A stretch of 64,000 nucleotides of DNA from Candidatus Giovannonibacteria bacterium (GCA_016186825.1 JACPKW010000006.1:3191-67190); one strand, 5' to 3'. Shown: positions 1 through 11,318, numbered from the stretch's first letter. The notes: generated by a model from the sequence alone, not told the origin. Numbers and translations: made by a program.

Positions 1-154
1 GGAATCATTTCTTTTTTTGACCTCGGTTCGAAGCACCTCGATAATTTCCTCGTCAGAAAGGCCTTCTGTTTTTTTTAAAAGTTGGATTTCTCTGTTGTGA
101 ACAGCAGTCATCGCCATCCGCAAAACAGAAATTTTAAGAGCTGCCCCGGCTTTC
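1..154 (-). CDS. GatB/YqeY domain protein, N-terminal part (gene continues past window start)
   Basis: Minus-strand ATG at 154; translation MKAGAALKISVLRMAMTAVHNREIQLLKKTEGLSDEEIIEVLRTEVKKRNDS matches YqeY/GatB-domain pattern (..LRM..A...E.....ELSDEE...VL..E.K.R.DS); lies directly downstream of rpsU as in the Bacillus rpsU-yqeY arrangement. Confidence 0.5.
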
Positions 155-244
155 ATGGAGGTCTTTAAATCTTCGTTTAATTTTTGTTTCAGTCCTTCTG
201 CCATTACTACATTTTATCCCGAATTTTTGAATACGAAAACGGGG

Positions 245-469
245 CTATTCAATCTTCCCAAGTTTTCGCAATTTTTCCATCTCTTTTTGCCAGGCAATTC
301 GCTTCAGAGCGTCTTTTCTTTTTTTGAATTCGGATTTTTTTCGGGCGCGGAATTGATAAGAACGCGCATTGATCAAAATTTTCGAGCGCTTAATTTTACG
401 CGTAAAACGCCTGAGGAGGCTTCCTACAGTTTCATTCTCGCGTCTTTTAACTTCAACAGCTAGTGGCAT
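245..469 (-). CDS. rpsU: 30S ribosomal protein S21
   Basis: 74 aa, basic; MPLAVEVKRRENETVGSLLRRFTRK... matches bS21 N-terminal signature. Confidence 0.85.
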   Translation of the reverse strand: MPLAVEVKRRENETVGSLLRRFTRKIKRSKILINARSYQFRARKKSEFKKRKDALKRIAWQKEMEKLRKLGKIE

Positions 470-632
470 TAATTTAACTTAATAACTCCAATAAATTTAC
501 AAATCTAGTTTCCCGTGTTTTCTATATCTAACATATTTCAGAAATTTTTTAAACCCTGTTAGAAGTCTAAGCAATGTTATGTTGATAAACTAAATAAATA
601 AAGTAATTGAGAATTTCCAACTTCCAGCGGGG

Positions 633-989
633 TTAGACCTCAACGTTGCCGGGCGAACTTTCCCATCCCCCCAACAAATGGAGATGAATATGGCCAATGA
701 TCTGGCCTCCTTTCGGACCGACATTAAAAATTAATTTATATCCTTCGAGCCCCTGCCGCTCGGCAATATCCCGCGCAATGCCAATCATTTCTCCCGCCAG
801 AACTAAATCGGAAGATTTTAATTCCTTCACGGAGTCGATATGCTTTTTTGGGATAATCAGGATGTGCACCGGGGCTTTTGGCCTAATATCGCGCACCGCC
901 ATACAGTCAGGGCCTTCAAATACCTTCTCGGCGGGAATTTCTTTGTTCGCAATTTTACAAAAAAGACAGTCCATAGTTTCAATTACCAA
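633..989 (-). CDS. HIT family (histidine triad) protein
   Basis: 118 aa; ...IGHIHLHLLGG histidine triad motif, CLFCKI N-terminus typical of HinT. Confidence 0.85.
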   Translation of the reverse strand: MVIETMDCLFCKIANKEIPAEKVFEGPDCMAVRDIRPKAPVHILIIPKKHIDSVKELKSSDLVLAGEMIGIARDIAERQGLEGYKLIFNVGPKGGQIIGHIHLHLLGGWESSPGNVEV

Positions 990-995
990 TAGAGA

Positions 996-2285
996 CTAGT
1001 TTTTTGCCTTCGTTTTAATGCGGTCGATTACTTTCGGGAAAGGGATGATTTCCTGAACGCCTGAATCCATTTCGCGAATTATGATCGTTCCGTCCATCGC
1101 TTCTTTTTGCCCCAATATAAGACTGAAATCCACTTCTAGCTTCGAAGCAAGGCGAAGCTGCCCGCGAAGCGAGTCCTTTGATAGCGACTGCGCCAACGGA
1201 ATTTTGGCTTTTCTGAATTCTTCGATCAAGCATAAGCTTTTTTTCTTCGCGACTTCTCCGAGCTGGATTAAAAAGACTTTCGGGCGCTTTCCTTCTGCGA
1301 ATCCGTCCTTTTCCTTGAGCAATTCAGAAAGCCGATCCACTCCGAACGCTCCGCCAACCGCAGCCAACGGTTTTCCGGCGAGCAAATCACCCAAATAGTC
1401 ATAACGGCCTCCGCCTCCGATTTCCATTCGTTTCTCTTCGGGAGTTTTTGGCGGAATCACAAATTCAAAAACCGTCCTTGTATAATAATCGAGCCCCCGC
1501 ACCAGGTAAGGATTCAAACTGTAAGGAATTTCTGCGGCATCCATAAAATCAAGCACCTCTTTAAAGTGCGCCTTGCAGTTATCGCAGACATATTCAATCA
1601 TCTGCGGCGCGTTTTTCTTGAGCTCGACACAGCTTTCTTCTTTGCAATCGAGCAAGCGCAATGGATTTTCTTTAAGGCGGCGTTTGCAGTCTTTGCAGAG
1701 ATAATTGACATGCTTTCTATAATAGGCAATCAAATCTTTGCGATAAGCCGGGCGGCATTCCTTGTCTCCAATCGTGTTTAATTCAAGCGCCGCTTCGAGT
1801 CCGAGTTCTTTAAGAATCAAACTGAAGATTCTTATTATAGTAGCCTCTGCAACTGCCAAGTCTTCGCCCAAAATTTCAAGCCCAAATTGTCCGAATTCGC
1901 GAAAGCGTCCCTTTTGCGGCGACTCGTGGCGAAAAAAAGAGCCCACATAGTAAAGCATGACGGGCTGCGGCCAAGAGAGCATGCCGTCTTCAAAATAAGC
2001 ACGCACAATGGGGACCGTGCCTTCGGGACGCAGCGTCAGCTGATCTCCTCCGCGCGTGCGGAATGTATACATTTGTTTTTCAACTATATCCGAAGCCGCA
2101 CCCAAAGACGCTTCAAAAATTTCGGAGTGTTCAAAATGCGGGGTCTGAATTTCCTGAAACCCGTAATATTCCGCAATTTCGCGGCACTTTTCATGAATTT
2201 TTTTGCGGATAAAAAGTTCGTCGCTGAAAAGATCCCGCGTTCCCTTTGGAGTGACTAAAATTTCTTTTTTCACTAGTCTAGACAT
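996..2285 (-). CDS. hisS: histidine--tRNA ligase
   Basis: 429 aa; class II aaRS motifs (GTRDLF, RPEGT, GGGRYD), global HisRS-like. Confidence 0.9.
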   Translation of the reverse strand: MSRLVKKEILVTPKGTRDLFSDELFIRKKIHEKCREIAEYYGFQEIQTPHFEHSEIFEASLGAASDIVEKQMYTFRTRGGDQLTLRPEGTVPIVRAYFEDGMLSWPQPVMLYYVGSFFRHESPQKGRFREFGQFGLEILGEDLAVAEATIIRIFSLILKELGLEAALELNTIGDKECRPAYRKDLIAYYRKHVNYLCKDCKRRLKENPLRLLDCKEESCVELKKNAPQMIEYVCDNCKAHFKEVLDFMDAAEIPYSLNPYLVRGLDYYTRTVFEFVIPPKTPEEKRMEIGGGGRYDYLGDLLAGKPLAAVGGAFGVDRLSELLKEKDGFAEGKRPKVFLIQLGEVAKKKSLCLIEEFRKAKIPLAQSLSKDSLRGQLRLASKLEVDFSLILGQKEAMDGTIIIREMDSGVQEIIPFPKVIDRIKTKAKN

Positions 2286-2339
2286 TCTAACTTTTACAAA
2301 AAGCTCGCTCTTAATTCTTTAAGATGATTAGGCATTCGA

Positions 2340-2936
2340 TCATTGAAAACTTCCGCCCATCTGAAAATTATAAAATCCGGGAAGAAAGCTGATCCGATCC
2401 GGAGGCCATAGCCTCATCCAGACTCGCCCAACCACCAGGTTAAGCGGCAAATTGCCCCACGTCCGAGAATCAGAAGAACGAAGCCGGTTATCTCCCAAAA
2501 CAAAATATTCATCATTCTTCAGCTCAAAAATTCCGTCCGGCGTCGTCAATGCCTCTGAAAGATAAGGCTCTTTCAGTTCTTCGCGCTCTTCGCCCTTAAC
2601 AAGGAAAATTCGCGTATTTTTAACCTCAATCGTTTCGCCCGGCAGCCCAATCACGCGCTTAATATAGAATTTTGAGGTGTCATTCGGAAAACGAAACACG
2701 ACGACTTCGCCGCGTTTGGGGTTTCGCAAGTGGTAGGTAAGTTCGTCAATTATTAGATATTGGCCGTCTTCGTAAGTTGGCTCCATCGAAGCTCCTTTAA
2801 CTATGAAAGGTTGCGCTACCCAGGCTCGGATCGGAACAATGATTAGGACTGCTATTACAATGAAACGAATCAGATCTTTCCCGAAATAACTCGCATTTTC
2901 ATCAGACATGAATAAAGAGTAATGGAATTTTGCCAA
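2340..2936 (-). CDS. lepB: signal peptidase I
   Basis: N-terminal TM, GASMEPT (Ser box), KRVIGLPGE, VLGDNRLRSSDSR boxes. Confidence 0.85.
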   Translation of the reverse strand: MAKFHYSLFMSDENASYFGKDLIRFIVIAVLIIVPIRAWVAQPFIVKGASMEPTYEDGQYLIIDELTYHLRNPKRGEVVVFRFPNDTSKFYIKRVIGLPGETIEVKNTRIFLVKGEEREELKEPYLSEALTTPDGIFELKNDEYFVLGDNRLRSSDSRTWGNLPLNLVVGRVWMRLWPPDRISFLPGFYNFQMGGSFQ

Positions 2937-3015
2937 GAAATCAAGGGCTCGGGTTACAATCTTGACCGTGACATTTACACGCTTAAATTAATTTCGACGT
3001 GTTATTCTGAAATCA

Positions 3016-3414
3016 ATGAATAGATTTGGAATCTCCTTATTTATTTTATTATTTGTTTTTTGGGGCATTCTTGTTTTGTCGATAAAGTTTCTTTTCAGCC
3101 CTGTACATGGTGCGCCTGCCATATACGAAATAAGCGGGTGCGATATTTCGAGATGCTTTTACAAATTTTATCCAGCTGGAGCTATAACGGATTTAATATT
3201 GATAGTTGGATCTTTTGTAGGAGCATATTTTGTAGGAAAAAAATATAAAGATTCATTATTTAAGAAAAAAATGAGTGTCGGATTTTTATTTTTTATTTTT
3301 TTATTGGCAATAAATGGTTTAATTTTCTTTTTTGGATTTCAAATGCCACTCGATAATTTAGACAATTACAATAATGTTCCGAGTTTAGGACCAAAAAGTT
3401 CTGGGGGTATTTGA
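3016..3414 (+). CDS. hypothetical membrane protein
   Basis: 132 aa, several hydrophobic helices, no recognisable family. Confidence 0.4.
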   Translation: MNRFGISLFILLFVFWGILVLSIKFLFSPVHGAPAIYEISGCDISRCFYKFYPAGAITDLILIVGSFVGAYFVGKKYKDSLFKKKMSVGFLFFIFLLAINGLIFFFGFQMPLDNLDNYNNVPSLGPKSSGGI

Positions 3415-3420
3415 ATTAAA

Positions 3421-4026
3421 ATGAAAAAATTTTACATTATTGGACTTGGCAATCCCGATTCCAAATATATGGGAACAAGACACAATGCGGGACGAATGAT
3501 GGTCCAGCTTTTTGGAAAGAAAAATGATTTTCCGGATTTCGAGCTTCAAAAAAAATCAGCACTGGTAGCTGAAGGTAAAATAAATAAGACATCTGTCTCT
3601 CTTATTTTGCCCGAGCTTTTTATGAACAACTCTGGCAAGTCTATAAAAAATTTCATAAAACCGAAAAAAACTTTAAAGCATGTAATCGTTTTAAATGACG
3701 ACATTGATATTCCGATCGGGAAATTCAAAATCGTATTCAACCGCGGTTCAGGCGGGCATAAAGGAGTCGAATCAGTCAGGCGCGCGCTCGGCACAGAAGC
3801 ATTTGTTCGCGTGAGGGTTGGAATCTGTCCCAAGAAACCTGCCCGCAATGCTACGCATAGCGTTGCGGGCGGGAAACCGACGCATCGCGAATTGCTAAAA
3901 CTTCTCACCGCGAAATTCAAGCCATCCGAAGAGGCTGAACTCAAAAAAATTTCCAAAAAAGTTTTGGAAGCGCTCGTGATCATCATCACCGAAGGCCATG
4001 AAAAAGCAATGAGTTTGTTTAATTAA
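3421..4026 (+). CDS. pth: peptidyl-tRNA hydrolase
   Basis: MKKFYIIGLGNPDSKYMGTRHNAG... canonical Pth N-terminus. Confidence 0.85.
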   Translation: MKKFYIIGLGNPDSKYMGTRHNAGRMMVQLFGKKNDFPDFELQKKSALVAEGKINKTSVSLILPELFMNNSGKSIKNFIKPKKTLKHVIVLNDDIDIPIGKFKIVFNRGSGGHKGVESVRRALGTEAFVRVRVGICPKKPARNATHSVAGGKPTHRELLKLLTAKFKPSEEAELKKISKKVLEALVIIITEGHEKAMSLFN

Positions 4027-4077
4027 AATTGAAAATCTTTCAGTTTTCTGCTTGAATGAGTGTGACTTTTATTTTGA

Positions 4078-6027
4078 ATGACTGATCCGCCTAAAAGATA
4101 CCAGAAAATAATAATTTTTGCCCCTACCCCCTCTTTTTTGGAACGGGGCGATTTGGCATTGGAGAAAGATATTGAAAAATATCGTGCGCTTCGCATCCGA
4201 AATAATTTTTGGCAAAGAAACACGTTGATTATCGAGACCGGAAAATATATCAAACCGACAGAGCTTGCGCGTAAACTTACCGATCTCGGTTATGAAAAAT
4301 ATCCGCTCTCGGCTGAAAGCCATATCCATAAAGGAGAATTTTCCTGGACCGGCGGGCTGATTACAATTTTCCCGATCAACAGCCCTACCCCAATTACAAT
4401 CGAGTTTATCGGAAATGAAATTGCGGCTATTGAAGAAGCAAAAATCGTAAGTCACAAATCGGTTTTCGAGAAAAAGACAGAGCACAAATTCGAACCCGGA
4501 GATTTTGTCGTTCATGAAGACCATGGAATTGGAATATTTCGCAGATACAGCGACACAAACGAGCAATTTTTAATTCTGGAATACGCTCCGGCCCGGAAGG
4601 GCGGCGAGCCGGACCGCCTTTTCGTCCCCCAAAAAGTCTCGGACAAAGTTGCGCCCTATCTCGGGTTAAGGAACCCGAAAATTAATCGCTTGGGAACTCC
4701 GCTTTGGTTTCATACGAAAAAGAAAGCGAAAGAAGACATCATAAAATTCGCACACGAATTGTTAGCGCTTTACCAAACGCGCGCTGATGTGAAAAGAAAT
4801 TCATATGATGCCTCGGAACTTGAAAAAGAAATCTGGGAAAATTTTCAATTTGAAGAAACACCCGGACAGAAAAAAGCGCTCGAAGATATTTTTTCTGATT
4901 TTTCAAAAAACGAGCCAATGGAACGGCTCGTAATCGGCGATGTCGGATTTGGAAAAACTGAAGTAGCGCTTCGCGCCGCACTTCGCGTAATTTTAAATGG
5001 AAAGCAAGCTGCCCTTCTTGCGCCAACTACAGTCCTCGCGGATCAGCACGCGCAGGTTTTTAAAGAGCGCTTTGAGGCACTCGGCTTGAATGTGGCGCGT
5101 TTTACAAGGCTTGAAAAAAGTGCGGCAGTTCGCAATATTAAAAAATTCGTGCTCGAAGGGAAAACAGATATTCTAATCGGGACACATCGGGCGCTCTCGA
5201 AAGAACTTGAATTCAAATCGCTTGGCCTTTTAATTATTGACGAAGAGCAGCGCTTCGGAGTGCGGCAAAAAGAAACACTGAAGAAAAAATATCCGGAAGT
5301 AGATATTTTATATCTTTCCGCAACGCCGATTCCGCGCACACTAGCATTTTCAATTTCAAAAATTCGTCCGATGAGCTTCATCAGCGATCCTCCGGAGGGC
5401 CGAAAACCGATCGTGACCTTCATTCTTCCGCGAACGGATAAAATCATCAAAGAAGCGATTGCAAGAGAAATCGAGCGAAAAGGTCAAATTTATTTTTTGG
5501 TTCCGCGGATTGAAAAAATCGGTTTTATAAAAAATAAACTCGACAAATTATTTCCGAAAGTTAAAAAGGCCGTTCTCCACGCGCGTCTCCCCGAAAAAGA
5601 CTTGGTCAAAAGCATGCATGACTTCCGCGAAGGTTCAGTTGAGCTGTTGATTTCAACAACAATAATCGAAAACGGCCTCGACATTTCAAACGTCAATACA
5701 TTGATTGTGGAAAATTCAGCGCTCTTAGGTTTAGCTCAAGCCCATCAGCTCCGCGGGCGAATTGGAAGAAAGGAGATCCAGGCTTATGCATATTTTTTAT
5801 ATCCATCGAAAAAGTTAACTCCGCTCGCCCAAGAGCGCCTCGAAACTTTGGTTTCTTTCCAAGAACTGGGAGCGGGGTTTGAAATCGCAAAAAAAGATCT
5901 AGAGATCCGCGGTGCGGGAAACGTGTTAGGACGCGAGCAATCCGGGGTAATAAATAAAATCGGCTGGAATTTGTATTTCCAGTATTTATCGGAATCTTTG
6001 GACGAAACATCACGAATAGATATTTAA
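4078..6027 (+). CDS. mfd: transcription-repair coupling factor, short form (lacks UvrB-homology N-domains and most of the C-terminal TRCF domain)
   Basis: 649 aa; CarD/RNAP-interacting region (GDFVVHEDHGIGIF), SF2 helicase motifs DVGFGKTEVALRAA, LLIIDEEQRFGV, HQLRGRIGR; collinear with E. coli Mfd residues ~480-1000. Confidence 0.85.
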   Translation: MTDPPKRYQKIIIFAPTPSFLERGDLALEKDIEKYRALRIRNNFWQRNTLIIETGKYIKPTELARKLTDLGYEKYPLSAESHIHKGEFSWTGGLITIFPINSPTPITIEFIGNEIAAIEEAKIVSHKSVFEKKTEHKFEPGDFVVHEDHGIGIFRRYSDTNEQFLILEYAPARKGGEPDRLFVPQKVSDKVAPYLGLRNPKINRLGTPLWFHTKKKAKEDIIKFAHELLALYQTRADVKRNSYDASELEKEIWENFQFEETPGQKKALEDIFSDFSKNEPMERLVIGDVGFGKTEVALRAALRVILNGKQAALLAPTTVLADQHAQVFKERFEALGLNVARFTRLEKSAAVRNIKKFVLEGKTDILIGTHRALSKELEFKSLGLLIIDEEQRFGVRQKETLKKKYPEVDILYLSATPIPRTLAFSISKIRPMSFISDPPEGRKPIVTFILPRTDKIIKEAIAREIERKGQIYFLVPRIEKIGFIKNKLDKLFPKVKKAVLHARLPEKDLVKSMHDFREGSVELLISTTIIENGLDISNVNTLIVENSALLGLAQAHQLRGRIGRKEIQAYAYFLYPSKKLTPLAQERLETLVSFQELGAGFEIAKKDLEIRGAGNVLGREQSGVINKIGWNLYFQYLSESLDETSRIDI

Positions 6028-6036
6028 AATTACCTA

Positions 6037-6060
6037 AAAAAAATCCTCCTATAAGGAGGG
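6037..6060 (-). terminator. rho-independent terminator downstream of rpsA
   Basis: CCTCCT-ATA-AGGAGG hairpin followed (minus sense) by T8. Confidence 0.5.
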
Positions 6061-6163
6061 TCAAGAGAAGGATTCCGCAGGACGTAAGGCCAAAATATAA
6101 ATAGGGAGAGATATAGGATGCTCCTACTTGCACCGAGTCCTGGAAGTATTTTTTATTGCAATA

Positions 6164-7345
6164 CTACGCTTTCGTCTCTTCTTTCGCTTTCGCTTCATCA
6201 CCCAAATAAGAAAGTGTGAGTCTTCGTTCTTTGGGTTCAAAAAGAGTGATTTGAAATGGATATTTTCCGCCAAGTTCGAGTTTGTCGCGCATCTGTTTTT
6301 CGGATCCAAATTCAGAAATGTGGCAAAGACCAGAAACGCCTTCTTCAATCGCGATCAACGCGCCATATTTATTGAAACGGAGCACTTTTCCTTCAACAAT
6401 ATCCCCTTTCCTGTATTTTTCCGCCGCTCTTACCCACGGATCCGGCTTCAATGCTTTTACAGAAAGCGAGACACGCCCCGCATCGATGCCGATAATTTTC
6501 GCCTGCAACTTGTCTCCAACTTTAAAGTGCTCATTCGGATTTTCGATTAGCGACCAATCCAGTTCTGAAATGTGGCAGAGGCCTTCGAGCCCCTCTTCAA
6601 GTTTTATAAAAATTCCGAAGTCCACTACGCCTGTAACTTCACCTTCAATCACATTCCCAATTTCATATTTAGAAATTACTTCCTTAAATTCATCAGATTC
6701 CGCTCCTTTTTCGGAAAAAATAATTTTTTCCTCTTTAGGATCGAGCGCAATTAACGTCACGCCGAGCGTTGTTCCCACAAACTTTCTAAGTTCGTCTAAA
6801 ATGCGGTCCTTGTCTCCGCCCTCCACGCGCGGGTAATGTCCCATTTTTAACTGCGACGCCGGGAGAAAGCCTTTCATTTTTTTCCATTCGAGCACCAAAC
6901 CGCCTTTGTTCGCATCAATCACTTCCAAATTCAACGTTTCTTTTTTATTCATTAATTCTTCCGCTTCAAGCCAAACCAAATCGTTCCCTGCTTCTTTCAA
7001 AGAAAGCTCGATATACCCGTCTTCGTTTTCAAGTTCGAGCACTTTTGCAGTTACGCTGTCGCCAGCTTTCAAATTCTTTATAATTTCGCGCGCCCGCATA
7101 AATTCACGGCCATATACGATTCCAACGCCTGCCGCTCCTAAATCCACCATCAAACGCGGGCCGGAACGCCCAATCACGAGCCCTTCGATAAGCTCGCCCG
7201 CGCGCGGAATCAAAACAGGAACTTTTTTAAAAAGTTCCTCCATCAAGCTATTTTTCTTTTTTGCTTCTTCTTCCGAAATGAACGCAGCATTTAAAGTCTT
7301 AGGCGACATGCCAAAAAGTATAAACAATCTATAAAAAAGAGGCAA
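6164..7345 (-). CDS. rpsA: 30S ribosomal protein S1
   Basis: 393 aa; four S1-like OB repeats (..G.V.G.V..I..FG.FV.L..G..GL.HISE..). Confidence 0.85.
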   Translation of the reverse strand: MPLFYRLFILFGMSPKTLNAAFISEEEAKKKNSLMEELFKKVPVLIPRAGELIEGLVIGRSGPRLMVDLGAAGVGIVYGREFMRAREIIKNLKAGDSVTAKVLELENEDGYIELSLKEAGNDLVWLEAEELMNKKETLNLEVIDANKGGLVLEWKKMKGFLPASQLKMGHYPRVEGGDKDRILDELRKFVGTTLGVTLIALDPKEEKIIFSEKGAESDEFKEVISKYEIGNVIEGEVTGVVDFGIFIKLEEGLEGLCHISELDWSLIENPNEHFKVGDKLQAKIIGIDAGRVSLSVKALKPDPWVRAAEKYRKGDIVEGKVLRFNKYGALIAIEEGVSGLCHISEFGSEKQMRDKLELGGKYPFQITLFEPKERRLTLSYLGDEAKAKEETKA

Positions 7346-7384
7346 GTAGGCGCGAGACTGGGGAGCCTCAAGGGGCTTAAATAT

Positions 7385-8074
7385 TTGAGCAAAAAATGCT
7401 ATAATTTTTTAATGGTAATCACCTATTACGGAGCTTCTTGTTTCAAAGTACAATCAGGAGATCTCACCATTGCCTTTGACCCGCCTTCCAAAGGATCCGA
7501 CTTGAAACCTCCGCGTTTTGAATGCCACGTCGTCCTTTCGAGCCACGATCATCCCCTTCATAACGGATTGAAAGAGCTCCCCGGAAAAAAAGGCGAGGAT
7601 CCTTTTTTTATCTCCGGGCCGGGAGAATATGAGTATGGCGGTCTCCAAATCACCGCCATCCAGTCTTTTCACGACAACACAAGCGGCAAAAAACTGGGGA
7701 CGAATACAATATATGTAGTTGAAATGGAAAACATCCGTCTTTGTCATTTAGGCGACCTTGGGCAAGGAGAATTGGAAGCGGAATCAATCGAGGTTATTGG
7801 CAAAAGCGACGTGCTTTTTGTCCCTGTCGGAGGAAAGGACGTAATAGATGCAGAAACGGCCGCAAAAATCATCACGCAATTAGAGCCCAGAGTCGTAATT
7901 CCGATGCATTACGCCATTTTGAAAACAGCGCTAAAGGGAGCTCGCGTAGATGAGTTCTTAAAAGAGCTCGGGGAAGAAAAAATAAAACCGGAAGACAAAT
8001 TTACGTTCAAAAAGAAAGAACTCCCCGAAGACGGAATGAAAGTGGTCTTACTTGAACCAGTTATAAGCCTCTAG
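7385..8074 (+). CDS. MBL-fold metallo-hydrolase
   Basis: 229 aa; HVVLSSHDHPLHNG (HxHxDH-like) motif, beta-lactamase fold pattern. Confidence 0.7.
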   Translation: MSKKCYNFLMVITYYGASCFKVQSGDLTIAFDPPSKGSDLKPPRFECHVVLSSHDHPLHNGLKELPGKKGEDPFFISGPGEYEYGGLQITAIQSFHDNTSGKKLGTNTIYVVEMENIRLCHLGDLGQGELEAESIEVIGKSDVLFVPVGGKDVIDAETAAKIITQLEPRVVIPMHYAILKTALKGARVDEFLKELGEEKIKPEDKFTFKKKELPEDGMKVVLLEPVISL

Positions 8075-8080
8075 GGCGCT

Positions 8081-8347
8081 ATGGGTTTAATTGATAAAAT
8101 TGAAGATCTTCGGCAAAAACCTGAGCGGACGCGAAAAAAAGTTTTATTTCTAACCGTCGGTCTTTGTATGATTTTGGTTTTAACTTTCTGGGTTAGCAAT
8201 TTAAGTTTTGGAAAAAATAAAATAGCGAAAAATGCCGGCGACTCCCAGCCTTCCCCCTGGGCAGTGCTCAGAAAAACTTTTCAAAGCGGCATCAGCGATT
8301 TTAAAGCGAAGTTTCAAACCGGGGAAGTTTATCAGAAAAACGAATAA
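8081..8347 (+). CDS. hypothetical membrane protein
   Basis: 88 aa, single TM helix. Confidence 0.35.
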   Translation: MGLIDKIEDLRQKPERTRKKVLFLTVGLCMILVLTFWVSNLSFGKNKIAKNAGDSQPSPWAVLRKTFQSGISDFKAKFQTGEVYQKNE

Positions 8348-8352
8348 GCACC

Positions 8353-10800
8353 ATGGCTGAAGAAAAAAACGAAAAAGATTCCGTAGAAAGAAGAGACATC
8401 GTTAAAGAAATGCGCGAATCTTATCTCGATTATGCGATGTCTGTTATTGTTTCGCGCGCTCTCCCGGACGTGCGGGACGGATTAAAGCCCGTCGCGCGGC
8501 GCATTCTTTATGCGATGAACGAACTCGGGCTTTCGAGCGGCGCGAAATTCAGGAAATCTGCGCTCGTCGTAGGTGAAGTGCTGGGTAAATTTCATCCGCA
8601 CAGCGACACCGCTGTTTATGACGCGCTCGTCCGAATGGCGCAGAATTTTTCCTTGCGCTATCCCTTGATTCACGGACAGGGTAATTTTGGTTCGATCGAC
8701 GGCGACTCCGCGGCGGCAATGCGCTATACGGAAGTAAAAATGTCTTCAATATCAGCAGAGCTTCTTCGCGATATCGAAAAAGAGACTGTAGATTTCATCC
8801 CAAATTATGACGGCTCGCGCATAGAGCCCAAAGTCCTTCCGGCTGCGCTTCCGCAATTGCTGTTAAACGGTTCACTTGGAATTGCGGTTGGCATGGCAAC
8901 CAATATCCCTCCGCACAATTTAACAGAAGTGATAGATGCGACCTGCCAGCTTCTAGATCATCCAAAAACTTCCACGGACGAGCTCATGAAATTTATCAAA
9001 GGCCCGGATTTTCCGACCGGAGGCATGATTTTTTCAAAGGCTGACCTCGCCCAAGCCTACGCGACTGGACGCGGAAGCGTGATCAACCGGGGTGAGGCGG
9101 AAATTCTCGAAAAATCCAAAGGGCATTTCCAAATTCTAATCTCTTCCATTCCATATCAGGTCAATAAAGCGGAACTTATTACAAAAATGGCCGATCTCGT
9201 GCACGAAAAAAAGATTGAGGGCATTCGCGATATTCGCGATGAATCCGATAAAGAGGGTCTTTCAATTGCGATTGATCTGAAAAATGACGCAGTGCCGGAA
9301 AAAATTCTAAACAGCCTCTATAAATATACCGACCTTGAAAAAGCTTTTCACTTCAATATGATTGCGCTCGTTGACGGAATTCAGCCCCAGCTCCTTTCGT
9401 TGAAATCAATGCTCGAGCATTTCATTTCTTATCGGAAAGTTGTTGTCGAGCGGCGAGCGAAATTTGAACTTAAAAAAGCGGAAGAACGCGCGCATATCCT
9501 CGAGGGGCTGAAAAAAGCGCTGGATCATATTGATGCCGTCATTAAAACCATCAAAGCTTCGCGCGACCGGCAGGAAGCTTCAAAAAATCTAGTAAAAAAA
9601 TTCGATTTAACGGAAATCCAGGCCGGAGCAATTCTCGACATGCGCCTCTCGACGCTCGCCGGACTTGAACGGCAGAAAATTGAAGATGAACTCAAGGAAA
9701 AGCAAAAATTAATCAGAGATTTGAAAGCGCTCCTAAAAGACCCCGAAAAAATTTCAAAATTAATCGCAGAGGAGCTTCAGGAAGTAAGGAAAAAATTCGG
9801 GGACGACAGAAAAACAAAAGTGGTGGCGTCGGCAATAAAATCATTTTCGATGGAAGATTTAATTCCAGAGCGGGAAACCGTAATCGTGCTAACGCAGGGC
9901 GGATACATCAAGCGCGTGAATCCGGAAGAATACCGCACTCAAAAAAGAGGCGGGAAAGGAATTATGGGCGCAGACATAAAAGAAGAGGACGCGGTTGAAA
10001 ATTTTCTTGCGGCAAATACACATGACGATTTGCTCTTCTTCACTTCGAAAGGAAAAGTTTTCCAGACGAAAATGTATGAAATCCCGGAAGGGAAAAGGAT
10101 AACCAAAGGGAAAGCAATCGTGAACTTTCTCCCGATTTCTACAGAAGAGCGGATCACTTCCATGCTTGCAGTTCCGAAAGCGAAGAAGGGACAAATTTTA
10201 TCTCTCGTTTTAATAACAAAAGACGGAATAATAAAAAAAGTTGACGCAAGCCACTTTTCCGATGTGCGGCGTTCCGGAATCATCGCGATCAAATTGCAAA
10301 AAGATGACCTGCTCCGCTGGGTTCTGATTTCGGGCAAGGGCGATCACATTATTATGACAACCAAAAAAGGACAGGCTATCCGCTTTAAAGAGACAGACGT
10401 CAGGCAAATGGGCCGCTCCGCGCAAGGCGTCAAAGCGCTCCGCTTGAAAAAGTCGGATGAGCTCGTGGGAGCTGATGTGATCGCGGCAGACGAAAAAGAA
10501 TCAATGCTTCTGGTTGTCAGTGAAAACGGTTTTGGAAAGAAAACAAATCTTCGCCAATATCGGCTGCAGCGCCGCGGCGGATCTGGAATCAAAACTGCAA
10601 AAGTTACATCAAAAACAGGGAATCTTGTCTCGGCAAAAGTCATATCACCTGAAATTGAAGGTCTGATCGCAATTTCAAAAAAGGGCCAGGTTATTCGCAC
10701 TTCTTTGAGCGGAATTTCTGTGCTCGGGCGCGGAACGCAGGGCGTGCGTATCATGCGGCTTGACCCAAAAGACAGCCTTGCTTCGATAACATGTTTGTAA
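8353..10800 (+). CDS. gyrA: DNA gyrase subunit A
   Basis: 815 aa; [33 protein letters not shown] active-site region, C-terminal beta-pinwheel repeats. Confidence 0.92.
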   Translation: MAEEKNEKDSVERRDIVKEMRESYLDYAMSVIVSRALPDVRDGLKPVARRILYAMNELGLSSGAKFRKSALVVGEVLGKFHPHSDTAVYDALVRMAQNFSLRYPLIHGQGNFGSIDGDSAAAMRYTEVKMSSISAELLRDIEKETVDFIPNYDGSRIEPKVLPAALPQLLLNGSLGIAVGMATNIPPHNLTEVIDATCQLLDHPKTSTDELMKFIKGPDFPTGGMIFSKADLAQAYATGRGSVINRGEAEILEKSKGHFQILISSIPYQVNKAELITKMADLVHEKKIEGIRDIRDESDKEGLSIAIDLKNDAVPEKILNSLYKYTDLEKAFHFNMIALVDGIQPQLLSLKSMLEHFISYRKVVVERRAKFELKKAEERAHILEGLKKALDHIDAVIKTIKASRDRQEASKNLVKKFDLTEIQAGAILDMRLSTLAGLERQKIEDELKEKQKLIRDLKALLKDPEKISKLIAEELQEVRKKFGDDRKTKVVASAIKSFSMEDLIPERETVIVLTQGGYIKRVNPEEYRTQKRGGKGIMGADIKEEDAVENFLAANTHDDLLFFTSKGKVFQTKMYEIPEGKRITKGKAIVNFLPISTEERITSMLAVPKAKKGQILSLVLITKDGIIKKVDASHFSDVRRSGIIAIKLQKDDLLRWVLISGKGDHIIMTTKKGQAIRFKETDVRQMGRSAQGVKALRLKKSDELVGADVIAADEKESMLLVVSENGFGKKTNLRQYRLQRRGGSGIKTAKVTSKTGNLVSAKVISPEIEGLIAISKKGQVIRTSLSGISVLGRGTQGVRIMRLDPKDSLASITCL

Positions 10801-11318
10801 ACCCGAACCATGCAATAGAAAACCTTGACCTTCTTCCGGGTATGACCGGAGCGGACTTCGGCGTAGGGCCCGGTTTTTACGCGCTTCCAGCCGCGAAACG
10901 GCTCGGCAACTCCGGCACGCTCTATGCTTTCGATATCAGAAAAGAGATGCTTGAGATCACGCAGTCGAAAGCAAAAAGCGAAGGGTTAACAAACATCCAG
11001 GCAATCGCCGCAGATCTTGAACTTCCTGAAGGCTCGCACTTGAAAAACGAAACCGTGGATTTTATTTTAATCGCAAATATTCTTTTTCAGGTCGAAAATA
11101 AAAAGAACTTGGCGCGCGAATCTTTCAGAATATTGAAAAAAGGCGGGAAAGTTCTTCTCGTAGAGTGGGCTGAAGAAGAAAAACCCTTCGGGCCTCCCCT
11201 GAAATACCGTATCAACCGCAAAGAAGCGGAAGAAATATTTTTGCATGAAGGTTTTTTCTTTTCCAAAGAATTCAAAGCTGGCGATCATCACTACGGGCTT
11301 ATTTTAAAGAAGACTTAA
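10791..11318 (+). CDS. class I SAM-dependent methyltransferase
   Basis: 175 aa; [14 protein letters not shown] (motif I), overlaps gyrA stop by 10 nt. Confidence 0.7.
   Translation: MFVNPNHAIENLDLLPGMTGADFGVGPGFYALPAAKRLGNSGTLYAFDIRKEMLEITQSKAKSEGLTNIQAIAADLELPEGSHLKNETVDFILIANILFQVENKKNLARESFRILKKGGKVLLVEWAEEEKPFGPPLKYRINRKEAEEIFLHEGFFFSKEFKAGDHHYGLILKKT

Noticed and set aside
155-463. 102-aa plus-strand ORF
   Set aside because: Lies antisense to the clear rpsU gene and has low-complexity F/S/N-rich composition.
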